Shown here: positions 37,003 to 46,552 of the stretch, piece by piece
How positions within the stretch are numbered: position 1 is the first letter of the stretch
How the letters are laid out: each line of letters starts with the position of its first letter
DNA from: Verrucomicrobiales bacterium
GTDB lineage: Bacteria > Verrucomicrobiota > Verrucomicrobiia > Limisphaerales > UBA9464
Assembly: GCA_005793375.1 (NCBI GenBank)
Contig: SXSK01000351.1
Span: forward strand, 90 to 64,089
Direction of reading: 5' to 3'
DNA: 64,000 nt
The notes under the pieces: generated by a model
Told to the model about the DNA's origin: nothing
The model's input: only the letters and a program-made list of their open reading frames with translations
The model's database searches: none
Program-made: the position numbers and the translations under genes

Positions 37003-40000
37003 TCATTTTTCCAAAAACACCGGGCTGTGGACCAGCAATTGGATCATGTCCCGCAGGCGGTATTCCCCTGACTTTAGGGTGGTATTCTGTCGTTTGAGGA
37101 ATTCGGTTTCGTTGTAGGAAAGGCTCCGACCTGTCGCGTAGATGGCGAGATGTTTGAGCAGACTGAAGGACACTTGATCGAGTCGGTCGTTTGCCAGATA
37201 TCGTTTCAACGCGGTCATACCAGACACTTCGGTCTTGTCGGGCAGAATGGATCGAGCGTCCACCGTCGATGTCTTCAGGCGCCCGCCCGCGTCGAATTCT
37301 TCAAACGCGACTCCCCAAGGATCAATTTTGGAGTGGCACTGGGCGCAACCCGTTTGGTTGCGATGTTGCTCAAGTCGGGCTCGCAATGGGAGGTTTTTGG
37401 ACTCTTCTTTGAGGGCGGGCACGTTGGGGGGCGGATCGTCCGGGGGTTCGGCGATGATGCGGCGTGCGAACCAGGCGCCACGTTTGATGGGGTTGGATTC
37501 ACGACCATCGGAGAGTCCGGCCAGAATGGCTGCCTGGGTCAGGAAACCGCCCAACTTTTCGCTCACGCGGGGAAGCGCCACAAACTGGAACCCACTGTCG
37601 GTTTTGTCGGCCATTTCGTAATAAGCGGCAACGACTTCATTTGCCAGAACAATGTCGGAATCGATGAGATGGCGCGCCGGGAGGTTATTTCGGAAAAGGT
37701 GCTTTAGGAACTCCAAGGGCTCTCGGCGGAGTTGGGCTCGTGTATCACGGGTCAGCTTTGGGAATTGAGCGCGATCGGGTTCCAGGACTTGAAACTTATC
37801 GAGGGCGAGCCACTGAGACGCGAATTCTTCGATGAACAAAGAGAATCTTGGATCGTGGATCATACGGTCCACTGTGGCATCGAGTTGTGGGCGCAGCGCT
37901 CCGGATGCTGCTAACTGGAGTAGCGAGGAGTCCGGCGGTCCGTTCCATAGGAAGTAAGATAACTTGGAAGCCAATTCGAACGGCTCCAGCGGTTCGGGTG
38001 TTGGAGCGGGGCTGTTTTCGATCAGGAACAGAAACTGCGGTGACGTCAGCGCCACCTGCAAGGCGTCCTTGATCGCCGCTTCGAACTTACGTGTCCTTTG
38101 GTAGGAGGCTTCGAAAACTTTCACCAGTGCGGAATCTTCCTCAGACGTCGTCGGTCGTCGGTAGGCTCGCGTGGCGAACCGTTGGAGGATCTCACGCGCG
38201 TAACGGGTTGGATCCTGGGAGTGCTTGGAATCGATGAAAAGATTGCGATGAGCGGGTGGAGGCCACGACTCGAAATAGGGTCCTTCAAACTCGACGGATG
38301 AAATCAGCAAACGCGGCATGTCGCGCCCATCGGTGTATTCGCTGCGAACCCCGATCTCCCGGACACCCGCTAGGTAGTTCACATTGTCCTTCTCCACATC
38401 GGGGCTTGGAAAATTGCGTATGGCGCCTTCAAATCGAAATTGAGTGGGGTGTCGTTCCGAAACGAGTTGGGGTTCGCCGGCGGGAGAGAACGTGGAGCCG
38501 CAATCTCGACGGAGTCCCAGGTGAACTCCGAGGCTTGGGGATCGCTTTTCGAAGGCCTCAAAGCGACGGGCGACCTGGTGGCCTGACGGAAGTCGTGTCA
38601 GGACAATGCGATCCAAGCGGTTTGAATCGGCATAGGCTGCGAGGATTGGAAGTGAGCCTGCGGGAAGTCGCACTGCCAGAAAAGCGGGCTGTGCGACGGA
38701 GGGAGTTCCGCTGAACTGTCGAGCGCCCAAGGTCAGCACGAGCCTTTTGGATTCTTCATTTGGTTTTGGGGACGTGGACACTGGCACGTCATTAGTGGCC
38801 TTAACGTAGACATCCACTTGATAAATGCCGGGTTGATCGATCTTGATCGTTTGAATGGCTTGTAGTTCTCGGCAGGTGATCGAACGCTCGGAGTCGCTGG
38901 GTGCCTTTGGGTTGTTAGCATCGAGCAGGAGACCATCGTCGTACTTTGAGGCGGTGACGGTGATGCGGAAGTTGCCATGGTCCGGAAGTTCGCGAAGAGA
39001 GATCTTGAAGTTCGCCTTGGGGCCGTAGGTGCTGTCGACTCCGAAGAGTTCCGTGCTCGGAATGGCGGGCCGCAAGAGAAGTCCGCGGGGCACGGTGCTA
39101 TACGCATCGCCTTTGGGATACCCGTGGCTGCCACGCATGCAGGCGAATACCGCATGGTAAATGCTGTCGTATTCCCTCCATCCTCGAACTGTATCGTTGC
39201 CTTTGTAGCCCTCGATGAAACGAAACTTGGTTTGCATCAAAAACGGGTCGTAGGAGAACGGTTTGAGTGGGGTCAATTCATGGACCACAAAGTCCTCATT
39301 TTTGAGCAGGAGGCTGTCCGCCCCTAGGATGAGGTCGTCCTTGCAAGGGTTTGGATTGATCGACGCGCCCAGATCCATTCGGAAGTTTTGAATGACTGGC
39401 TTGGAACTGGGATCGACGATGCAGCGGTTCAGCGCGGCGTCGGCCAGATCATAGTAGGCCTCCAACAATAATGGCGAGAGTTGCAGAGTTTCCTGGTGGT
39501 TGGAAAAGCCGTCGCGCGAGACGGCATCTGGGGGTAGGGTTTCGGACAGGTTATCGTCCAACAAGAGCAGGTCGCGGAGTGTGTTGCGATATTGAGAAGT
39601 GGTCAGACGTCGGACGCTTCCGTTTTTCGGAGTCGGTCTAGAGCGTGCGACGGTCAGGCCTTGATGAATCCATTCCACCGCCCGTTCCCGCTCCATCGCT
39701 GAGGGTTGGGGTTCGTCATCGGGTGGCATGACTCGAGTGGTCAGTTGTTTGGCGATCGATTCCCAGAGCCGGATCTGAGAGTCGCCGAGTTTGGCGTCCA
39801 GGTGGTCGACGCGGACTCCGGATTTCAGCTTGTCTGGATTGTGGCAGGGCACGCAATGCCGGTTTAGAAACGGCTTCACATCCGTTTCGAAGGCGGTTTC
39901 CAGGACCACAGCGGAGTCGGCGGCGAGCGGGCGATACCAGGCGATGGAGAGAATTAGAATTGTGGCTAAAAATCGTGACATGCAGCGGTGCTTTGGCCCC

Positions 40001-40008
40001 ATCAACAC
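37003..40008 (-). CDS. DUF1592/DUF1595/DUF1587/DUF1588/DUF1585-family exported protein with cytochrome-c-like CxxCH motifs
   Basis: 1001 aa. The N-terminal [17 protein letters not shown] and the C-terminal [12 protein letters not shown] are present. Signal [15 protein letters not shown]. The architecture and its partner gene match the planctomycete DUF159x family as I recall it. Confidence 0.8.
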   Translation of the reverse strand: MLMGPKHRCMSRFLATILILSIAWYRPLAADSAVVLETAFETDVKPFLNRHCVPCHNPDKLKSGVRVDHLDAKLGDSQIRLWESIAKQLTTRVMPPDDEPQPSAMERERAVEWIHQGLTVARSRPTPKNGSVRRLTTSQYRNTLRDLLLLDDNLSETLPPDAVSRDGFSNHQETLQLSPLLLEAYYDLADAALNRCIVDPSSKPVIQNFRMDLGASINPNPCKDDLILGADSLLLKNEDFVVHELTPLKPFSYDPFLMQTKFRFIEGYKGNDTVRGWREYDSIYHAVFACMRGSHGYPKGDAYSTVPRGLLLRPAIPSTELFGVDSTYGPKANFKISLRELPDHGNFRITVTASKYDDGLLLDANNPKAPSDSERSITCRELQAIQTIKIDQPGIYQVDVYVKATNDVPVSTSPKPNEESKRLVLTLGARQFSGTPSVAQPAFLAVRLPAGSLPILAAYADSNRLDRIVLTRLPSGHQVARRFEAFEKRSPSLGVHLGLRRDCGSTFSPAGEPQLVSERHPTQFRFEGAIRNFPSPDVEKDNVNYLAGVREIGVRSEYTDGRDMPRLLISSVEFEGPYFESWPPPAHRNLFIDSKHSQDPTRYAREILQRFATRAYRRPTTSEEDSALVKVFEASYQRTRKFEAAIKDALQVALTSPQFLFLIENSPAPTPEPLEPFELASKLSYFLWNGPPDSSLLQLAASGALRPQLDATVDRMIHDPRFSLFIEEFASQWLALDKFQVLEPDRAQFPKLTRDTRAQLRREPLEFLKHLFRNNLPARHLIDSDIVLANEVVAAYYEMADKTDSGFQFVALPRVSEKLGGFLTQAAILAGLSDGRESNPIKRGAWFARRIIAEPPDDPPPNVPALKEESKNLPLRARLEQHRNQTGCAQCHSKIDPWGVAFEEFDAGGRLKTSTVDARSILPDKTEVSGMTALKRYLANDRLDQVSFSLLKHLAIYATGRSLSYNETEFLKRQNTTLKSGEYRLRDMIQLLVHSPVFLEK

Positions 40009-40140
40009 CCATGGGGATCAGTATGCGGATCATGTCTGTAAGATGGTAATGGGTCACGTCTATAGTGAGTCTTTTTCAGGGGGATTGTCTGCGATGGCAG
40101 GCGGTGGACGGGAGTCGACTCTGGAACATCACGAGAGGCG

Positions 40141-41511
40141 TTGCTCTGTGTTTCGAATTGGGGTTTACTCCAGGCATTGAACACCCCCTTGAGCCGTCTC
40201 CCGGCATCCGCCTTGGGTCAATCCGAGGTTTTGGATCGCGCGATTCATCGGGCGAAGTGGCGTTTATTGCCGTTTCTGCTCCTGATGTATCTGTTCGCCT
40301 ACCTGGACCGCGCAAACATTGGCTATGCCAAACAGGCCTACCAGGCAGCCACGGGAATCTCAAACGCCGCCTTCGCCTTTGGAGCGGGAGCGTTCTTTGT
40401 GACGTACGCCTTGTTCGAGGTGCCTAGCAATTTGATTTTGCATCGGGTGGGCGCACGACTGTGGCTGGCGCGGATCATGGTGCTGTGGGGAATCATTTCA
40501 GCGGTCATGATGTTTGCCAATACGGACACGTCGTTTTGGGTAGTGAGATCCTTTTTGGGCGCTGCAGAGGCGGGTTTTTTTCCAGGATGCATCTTGTACT
40601 TCACTTATTGGTTTCCAGCCAAAGCGCGAGGTCAGGTCATGGCGATCTTCTATTTTGGGTCACCCCTGGCGCTTATGCTGGGAGGGCCTCTCTCGGGAAT
40701 GCTGTTGGAGTTACAAGGGTTGATGGGGTTGCACGGATGGCAATGGATGTTTTTGGTGGAAGGACTCTTGGCCAGTGTCATTGGCATTTGGGCGTACTTC
40801 TATCTGACGGATCGGCCAGCCGATGCGAAATGGATGCCGCCCGAAGAGCGCGAGGCGTTGACCCAAGCCGTCGCGAGTGAAGAGGCTGCCAAACAGTCCT
40901 ACGGGACCGTCACTTTTGGCTCTGTCTTCCGAAATCCGCGGCTGCTGCATTTTGCGCTGATCTATTTCCTGATTCAAATCAGCGGGTACGGCGTGGCTTT
41001 TTATCTTCCAACCATTGTCAGTGCGTTGATGAACAAAAACGTCGGCCTCATGGTGGGATTGGTTTCTTCGATTCCTTGGGCAGTTGCGATTATTGCGTGT
41101 TCCTTTTGGCCAAGCCTGGCCATGAAGACCGGCTACCGTCGGAGCTTTGCATTTATCTCCCTGATGTGCATTACGGTCGGGTTGGCCGTCGCCGGGCATT
41201 TGCCACCAAAGTTCGCCATCGCGGCCCTATGTTTTGTTACGGCCGGAATCATCTCCGCTCAGCCTATTTTCTGGACGTTTCCCACGTCCTATTTCGGTGG
41301 TGTTGGCGCCGCGGCAGGTATCGCTACCATCAATGCGCTTGGCAATTTGGGCGGGTTTGTCGCTCCAAACGTCAAGACTTGGCTGGAGAAGACCACGGGG
41401 GAGCCTCAATCGGGACTGTACTTCCTGGCGATCTCCGCGTTCCTGGCGGGATTGTTGGTGCTGGCCTTGCGACCATACGATCGTCTGCTGAGCGACCGGC
41501 GACCGGTTTAA
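40141..41511 (+). CDS. MFS transporter, anion:cation symporter (ACS) family (tartrate/hexuronate/aldonate-type)
   Basis: LLPFLLLMYLFAYLDRANIGYAKQ ... FFVTYALFEVPSNLILHRVGARLWLARIMVLWG is the typical ACS-family N-terminal pattern. The start codon is uncertain. Confidence 0.8.
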   Translation: MLCVSNWGLLQALNTPLSRLPASALGQSEVLDRAIHRAKWRLLPFLLLMYLFAYLDRANIGYAKQAYQAATGISNAAFAFGAGAFFVTYALFEVPSNLILHRVGARLWLARIMVLWGIISAVMMFANTDTSFWVVRSFLGAAEAGFFPGCILYFTYWFPAKARGQVMAIFYFGSPLALMLGGPLSGMLLELQGLMGLHGWQWMFLVEGLLASVIGIWAYFYLTDRPADAKWMPPEEREALTQAVASEEAAKQSYGTVTFGSVFRNPRLLHFALIYFLIQISGYGVAFYLPTIVSALMNKNVGLMVGLVSSIPWAVAIIACSFWPSLAMKTGYRRSFAFISLMCITVGLAVAGHLPPKFAIAALCFVTAGIISAQPIFWTFPTSYFGGVGAAAGIATINALGNLGGFVAPNVKTWLEKTTGEPQSGLYFLAISAFLAGLLVLALRPYDRLLSDRRPV

Positions 41512-41550
41512 TATCAGAAGCCGAGGCAAAGCCTTGTTTCACCTTACATT

Positions 41551-43134
41551 TCAAATCCGGTACGTGGCCTGCACTCCGAGTGGGAGATTAAGACCCCACC
41601 AAATCATGAGCAGAATCGTCCAAGCGACTAAGAAACACACAGAAAACGGCAACATAGTGGAGATGAGTGTTCCGATGCCTGTTTTCTTCGCATACTTCTG
41701 GCAGTAGACCACGATCAACGGAAAGTACGGCAATAGCGGTGTGATGATATTGGTACTGGAATCTCCGATCCTATAAGCCGCCTGAGTGAATTCGGGGGCG
41801 TAGCCCAACTGCATCAGCATTGGAACAAAGATTGGCCCTAGAAGAGCCCACTTCGCTGAGGCGGAACCAATGAGCAAGTTGACCCCGGTGGAAAGCAGAA
41901 TGATACCCACAATGGTCACGGCTCCTGGCAGTGCCAAGTTCTTCAAGATGTTGGCGCCCTTGATCGCGATGAGAGCGCCGAGATTGGACTCTCGGAAGGC
42001 ATAGGTGAACTGCGCTGCGCAAAAGGCCATCACCAGATAGTACCCCATGGTATTCATGGATTTGGCGATTCCTTGGATGACCTCCCGATGGTTCTTGACG
42101 GTTCCTGCCACATAACCGTGAACCACTCCTGGAACGAGGAAGAAGATCGCGATCAGCGCGACTATTGATTCCATCAAGGGCGCACCATGACCCGCGAGGG
42201 CGCCATCCTTGGAGCGCAGCGGCGATGTGGCGGGCCAAGCCCAGGCCAGAAGAATCAGTGCCAAGACGATGAATGACCCGATCCCGGCAAAAAAGCCACG
42301 TTTCTCCCGATCACTAATGTGGTGTAAGTCGGTTTCTAATTGGGACTGCGCATCGATTGGCAGATGGCTGCGAAGCCGTGGTTCGATGACGCGATCTGTG
42401 AGAAACCAACCGATGCTGACGATCAAGACGCACGCAGCACTCATGAAATACCAGTTACACAGTGGATTCACGGTGCGTGCTGGGTCGAGGATCTGCGCTG
42501 CGGATTGGGTGAAGCCCTGGAGGAGCGGATCCAGACTGGACGGCAAGAAGGAGGCGCTGAGGCCACCCGCAACGCCAGCGAATGCACAGGCAATGCCCGC
42601 GATGGGATGTCGTCCTGCCGATGCAAAAACGATGCCGCCCAAAGGGATGACCAGCACGTAACCGGTATCACCGGCTGAATGACTGATGATTGCCACCAAA
42701 ATCAGCATCGGGGTTAGGAGCGACTTCGGGGTGATCCGCAGCAAGAATTTGATTCCAGCCTGGATGAAGCCGGTTTGTTCAGCGATTCCCACTCCGAGCA
42801 TGGCGACCAGGACGATGCCGAGCGGGGGGAACTCGGTGAAGGTCTTGATGATGCGCGATAGAAAGGCGGCGAGATTCTCTCCTGACAGCAAGTTCTTGAT
42901 GACGATCGGTGCCGATTCCAGCAGTTGCCCTGCGGCATCGCGTTTCACGGTGCGAGGGTCGATCTCCGTAAAGTGGATTGGGGATAACACCAAGGAAGCG
43001 CCCCACGTCAACAGGAGTGCGACGACAAATAGGATGGCGGGATCGGGCAATTTGTTTCCGAGCCGTTCCAAGTTATCGAGGAACCGTTGGAGCAACGAGC
43101 GACCGGGTGCGTCGGAAGTTTCTTGGGAGCTCAT
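41551..43134 (-). CDS. AbgT family transporter (p-aminobenzoyl-glutamate transporter-like)
   Basis: 527 aa. The N-terminus LLQRFLDNLERLGNKLPDPAILFVVALLLTW is characteristic of AbgT. The protein is polytopic and hydrophobic. Confidence 0.85.
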   Translation of the reverse strand: MSSQETSDAPGRSLLQRFLDNLERLGNKLPDPAILFVVALLLTWGASLVLSPIHFTEIDPRTVKRDAAGQLLESAPIVIKNLLSGENLAAFLSRIIKTFTEFPPLGIVLVAMLGVGIAEQTGFIQAGIKFLLRITPKSLLTPMLILVAIISHSAGDTGYVLVIPLGGIVFASAGRHPIAGIACAFAGVAGGLSASFLPSSLDPLLQGFTQSAAQILDPARTVNPLCNWYFMSAACVLIVSIGWFLTDRVIEPRLRSHLPIDAQSQLETDLHHISDREKRGFFAGIGSFIVLALILLAWAWPATSPLRSKDGALAGHGAPLMESIVALIAIFFLVPGVVHGYVAGTVKNHREVIQGIAKSMNTMGYYLVMAFCAAQFTYAFRESNLGALIAIKGANILKNLALPGAVTIVGIILLSTGVNLLIGSASAKWALLGPIFVPMLMQLGYAPEFTQAAYRIGDSSTNIITPLLPYFPLIVVYCQKYAKKTGIGTLISTMLPFSVCFLVAWTILLMIWWGLNLPLGVQATYRI

Positions 43135-43217
43135 AAACGAAACCTAATGTAAGTCGCATCCCACTGGCCACGAATTTTGGGCAGAACCCGGTAGATTTAC
43201 CTGGAATCGGCGAGAAG

Positions 43218-44681
43218 TTAGAAATACTTCTCCACGATCCAGCGAGGCTGCCACGGGTCCGGTTTTCGTTGGTAGCCATCCAGGTTGAGGTCTTTGGGCA
43301 CTGGATTTGGGACTGTCAGGGCCTGTCGATCACCCACGTTGACCTGCCATTCCTTCATCAGGGTGAGGAGACGCTCGATCTGATGTCGGTGACCTGGTTC
43401 TTTGGCCAAGTTGTGCTTCTCGAAAGGATCCCGTTTCAAATCAAAGAGTTGGCGATGATTGATCTGCGGATACACAATCAGTTTCCAGCGCTCATCCCGA
43501 ATGGCTCTCATGGTGTCGGTGAATGGCAGGAAAACGGATTCACGAATAGACGCCTTTTCGCCAGACCAAAGCGGCTTCAAACTGGAGCCCGCCAAACCGG
43601 AAGGCACCGTTACGCCCGCCAATTCAGCGAGGGTTGGAAAGAGATCGAAGAGGTAGGTGAATGAAGAAATCATGCGGCCGCCTGGGATGCCGGGGCCGAC
43701 CAGGATCAAGGGGCATCGCATGCTGTGCTCGTAAACGCTTTGTTTTCCGAGCAACCCGTGGCTTCCCATGGCCAACCCGTGATCCGCAGCATAAATGACG
43801 TAGGTATTAGCCGCGTGGGGCGACCGTTTTAGCGCTGCCAAAATGCGTCCGACTTGAGTGTCCAGATGGGTGATGAGTCCGTAATACTCGCACAGTTGAT
43901 CGCTGATTACTTCCCGCGTGCGTGGATAGGCCGCGAGGTTTTCGTCGCGTAAACTCTTCGTCCATCCATGATTGAAAGGATGTATGGGCAGAAAGTTGCT
44001 GGGCAGCGGCGGACGTCGGTCATAGTAGTACTGTCGGTACTCTGCTGGCGGATTTCTGGGATCATGTGGGGCTGTGAAAGCCACGTAACAGAAGAAGGGA
44101 GCGGCTGTGCGATAGGAATCGAGGAACGCGATGGCGGCGTCGGCGAATTCCTCGCTGGAGAATTTTGATGCGGTCCGGTTCGGTGAAAATTTTCCTGACT
44201 CAAGATCGGTCACGGGCATTTTGGTGTGGTCATCCATGCCGCCGAAGAAAACGGATCGACCCTGTTGAAATGCCCGGGCGAATGAGGGCTTTTCATTGTG
44301 CCATTTGCCGGTGGCGAACGTTGAATAGCCGTGCGCGCCCAACAATTCGGGCAGTAGTTTAGATCCGGCTAGATTGTGCGGGAGGTTGAACCAAGTGCGG
44401 CCGCTCATGAGCATGGCCCGGCTTGGGATGCACACCGCACCGCTGTTCGATCCGAAGCAGTAATTGCCGCGAAAGCTGGTGCCACGCCGAGTCAGCAGAT
44501 CGAGATTCGGTGTTCGGATATGGAGATTTCCCCAGGCCCGAATGGTATCGGCACGTTGATCATCGGCAAATAGAAACAGGAAGTTGGGTCGACTGGAAGC
44601 GCCTGGCTCCGCACCGGTTAACATGCAGAGCCCGAGACGCCACCATGCAATCCAGCTCAACCAATGGCTCAGAACTTTCAT
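43218..44681 (-). CDS. Sulfatase (formylglycine-dependent arylsulfatase family), exported
   Basis: PNFLFLFADDQRADTI and the CxPxR motif AVCIPSRAMLMSGR are present, as is a C-terminal LFDLKRDPFEKHNLA block. Confidence 0.9.
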   Translation of the reverse strand: MKVLSHWLSWIAWWRLGLCMLTGAEPGASSRPNFLFLFADDQRADTIRAWGNLHIRTPNLDLLTRRGTSFRGNYCFGSNSGAVCIPSRAMLMSGRTWFNLPHNLAGSKLLPELLGAHGYSTFATGKWHNEKPSFARAFQQGRSVFFGGMDDHTKMPVTDLESGKFSPNRTASKFSSEEFADAAIAFLDSYRTAAPFFCYVAFTAPHDPRNPPAEYRQYYYDRRPPLPSNFLPIHPFNHGWTKSLRDENLAAYPRTREVISDQLCEYYGLITHLDTQVGRILAALKRSPHAANTYVIYAADHGLAMGSHGLLGKQSVYEHSMRCPLILVGPGIPGGRMISSFTYLFDLFPTLAELAGVTVPSGLAGSSLKPLWSGEKASIRESVFLPFTDTMRAIRDERWKLIVYPQINHRQLFDLKRDPFEKHNLAKEPGHRHQIERLLTLMKEWQVNVGDRQALTVPNPVPKDLNLDGYQRKPDPWQPRWIVEKYF

Positions 44682-44861
44682 GAGAATGGTCCGAGTGTCC
44701 CGAGAGTGATTGACGGAGTCGATGCTTGATTTTGTTCACCGCGAGTTTCGGGCGCGTGGTTGGACTGCCAAGTGTGGGTCTTTATCCTGCCATGGCCTGT
44801 GTCACAAAACATTCATAGGGCTTTCCCCCAAGCCAGTTGGGGAGCTAGGTTTCGGGCGCAC

Positions 44862-46421
44862 ATGATTCGAATCCAATATAGAGTTCTAATTTTTTGGATG
44901 TTGATGCTGGTTGGTTGTCGGGCGCCATCAAAGTCGACGCCGACGGTATCGAAGATTGCGAAGCAAGACCCCAAGACGGAACCATTGAGGTTGGTTGCTT
45001 GGTTTCCTGAGATTATTCGTGCCAAACCGGCCAGTGGGAGAGTGTTGCTATTCCTTTCGCGTTCGAGCGGTGGCGAGCCTCGTCTTAAAATGAGTTGGTT
45101 CGAACCTGAGCCGGTTTTTGCGATCGATGTGAATGAAATGAGAGCGGGTGAGTACGTCACCTTCCTGCCGTCGCGATTCAAGTCGCCAGATGCCTTGGCG
45201 TTTCCTGAGCCTTTGGGACGATTGAAGCCGGGGACTTATTTCGCGCAGGTGCTCTTCGATCAAGACGTTACCCGACGGGATTTCAATCAGGGACCTGGAA
45301 ATCTTTATAGCCGTCCGGTGACTGTTGAGTTGGCTGGGGAACGCGGGGGAACGTATGATTTAGTGATGGATCAAGTGGTCCAGGAATCACGCTATGAGGA
45401 CACCGAGTGGGTTAAATTCGTGAAGATTCGCAGCCGATTACTGAGTGAATTTCATGGTAGGGATGTGTTTCTGCAGGCCGCGGTCTTATTGCCTCATGGG
45501 TATGCGAACGAGTCGGAGCGTCGTTATCCAGCCGTGTACAAGATCCCCGGCTTTGGTGGTCGTCACGATTCGTTGCTTGGTTTCGCATCGGGCAAATCTA
45601 CCGAGTGGGAGGAATGGTCGACGGGCAAAAATCCGTTCCGAGGCGTTGAAGTCCTGCTGGATCCGGACGTGCCGTTGGGACATTCGGTCTTTGCCAATTC
45701 GGCGAACAACGGTCCGGTGGGCGATGCCTTGGTGACGGAACTGATTCCGGAAGTGGAAAAGCGATTTCGACTGGTGACCGAGGCGCGCGGTCGATTCGTC
45801 AGCGGCCATTCGTCGGGGGGATGGTCGTCTCTTTGGTTACAGGTAGCGTATCCGGAATTTTTCGGGGGGTGTTGGAGCACCGCTCCAGATCCGGTTGATT
45901 TCCGAGCTTACCAAACGGTGGATCTCTATGAGGATCACAATGGGCACTGGACGCGGGATGGTTATCCGAGGCCGGTGGCGCGGACTCGATATAACACGCG
46001 GTTGACAATGATTCAGTTCAATCACATGGAGTACGTCCTGGGGTATGGAGGGCAATTGGATTCGTTTGACGCGGTATTCAGCCCCAAGGGAACGAATGGA
46101 CTGCCGCGGCCGGTGATGAACAAATTGACGGGCGCGATTGATCGCCATGTGGTGGACTATTGGAAGCGCTACGACATTCGGTTGGTGTTGGAAACGCAAT
46201 GGGCAACATTGGGGCCGAAGCTTCGAGGGAAACTCCACATACTGGGAGGCGCTTGGGACACGTTCTACCTGGAACCTGCTCTGGAACACCTCAAGGCGTT
46301 TCTCGACACCAAAGATCACGGAGGAACTGTCGAAATTCTGCCGGGAGACCATGGGTCGTTCATGACCGATGGTGTTCGGGCACGGATTTGGAAAGAAATG
46401 GCGGAATCCTTTGCGCGTTAG
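44862..46421 (+). CDS. Alpha/beta hydrolase, esterase family (enterochelin-esterase-like); probable lipoprotein
   Basis: The start is chosen at MIRIQYRVLIFWMLMLVGC (ATG 44862, lipobox-like LVGC). The nucleophile elbow is RFVSGHSSGGWSSLWLQ (GxSxG). Confidence 0.75.
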   Translation: MIRIQYRVLIFWMLMLVGCRAPSKSTPTVSKIAKQDPKTEPLRLVAWFPEIIRAKPASGRVLLFLSRSSGGEPRLKMSWFEPEPVFAIDVNEMRAGEYVTFLPSRFKSPDALAFPEPLGRLKPGTYFAQVLFDQDVTRRDFNQGPGNLYSRPVTVELAGERGGTYDLVMDQVVQESRYEDTEWVKFVKIRSRLLSEFHGRDVFLQAAVLLPHGYANESERRYPAVYKIPGFGGRHDSLLGFASGKSTEWEEWSTGKNPFRGVEVLLDPDVPLGHSVFANSANNGPVGDALVTELIPEVEKRFRLVTEARGRFVSGHSSGGWSSLWLQVAYPEFFGGCWSTAPDPVDFRAYQTVDLYEDHNGHWTRDGYPRPVARTRYNTRLTMIQFNHMEYVLGYGGQLDSFDAVFSPKGTNGLPRPVMNKLTGAIDRHVVDYWKRYDIRLVLETQWATLGPKLRGKLHILGGAWDTFYLEPALEHLKAFLDTKDHGGTVEILPGDHGSFMTDGVRARIWKEMAESFAR

Positions 46422-46471
46422 TCTTATGTGAGCGGAGCATTACTCTCGCGGGGCTTCTTTCACTGGGACGT

Positions 46472-46502
46472 AACGAGGCGGTTGGATAGGTCCCGCCTCG
46501 TT
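46472..46502. terminator. Hairpin between convergent genes (possible bidirectional terminator)
   Basis: aacgaggcgg-ttggataggtc-ccgcctcgtt forms a perfect 10-bp stem. It lies between the esterase stop (46421) and the dehydrogenase stop (46553). The T-tract is weak. Confidence 0.45.
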
Positions 46503-46552
46503 AGAACCAAGAAGTGACCCAGTGCGAATTCCCAGTCCTATCTGACGGTGAA

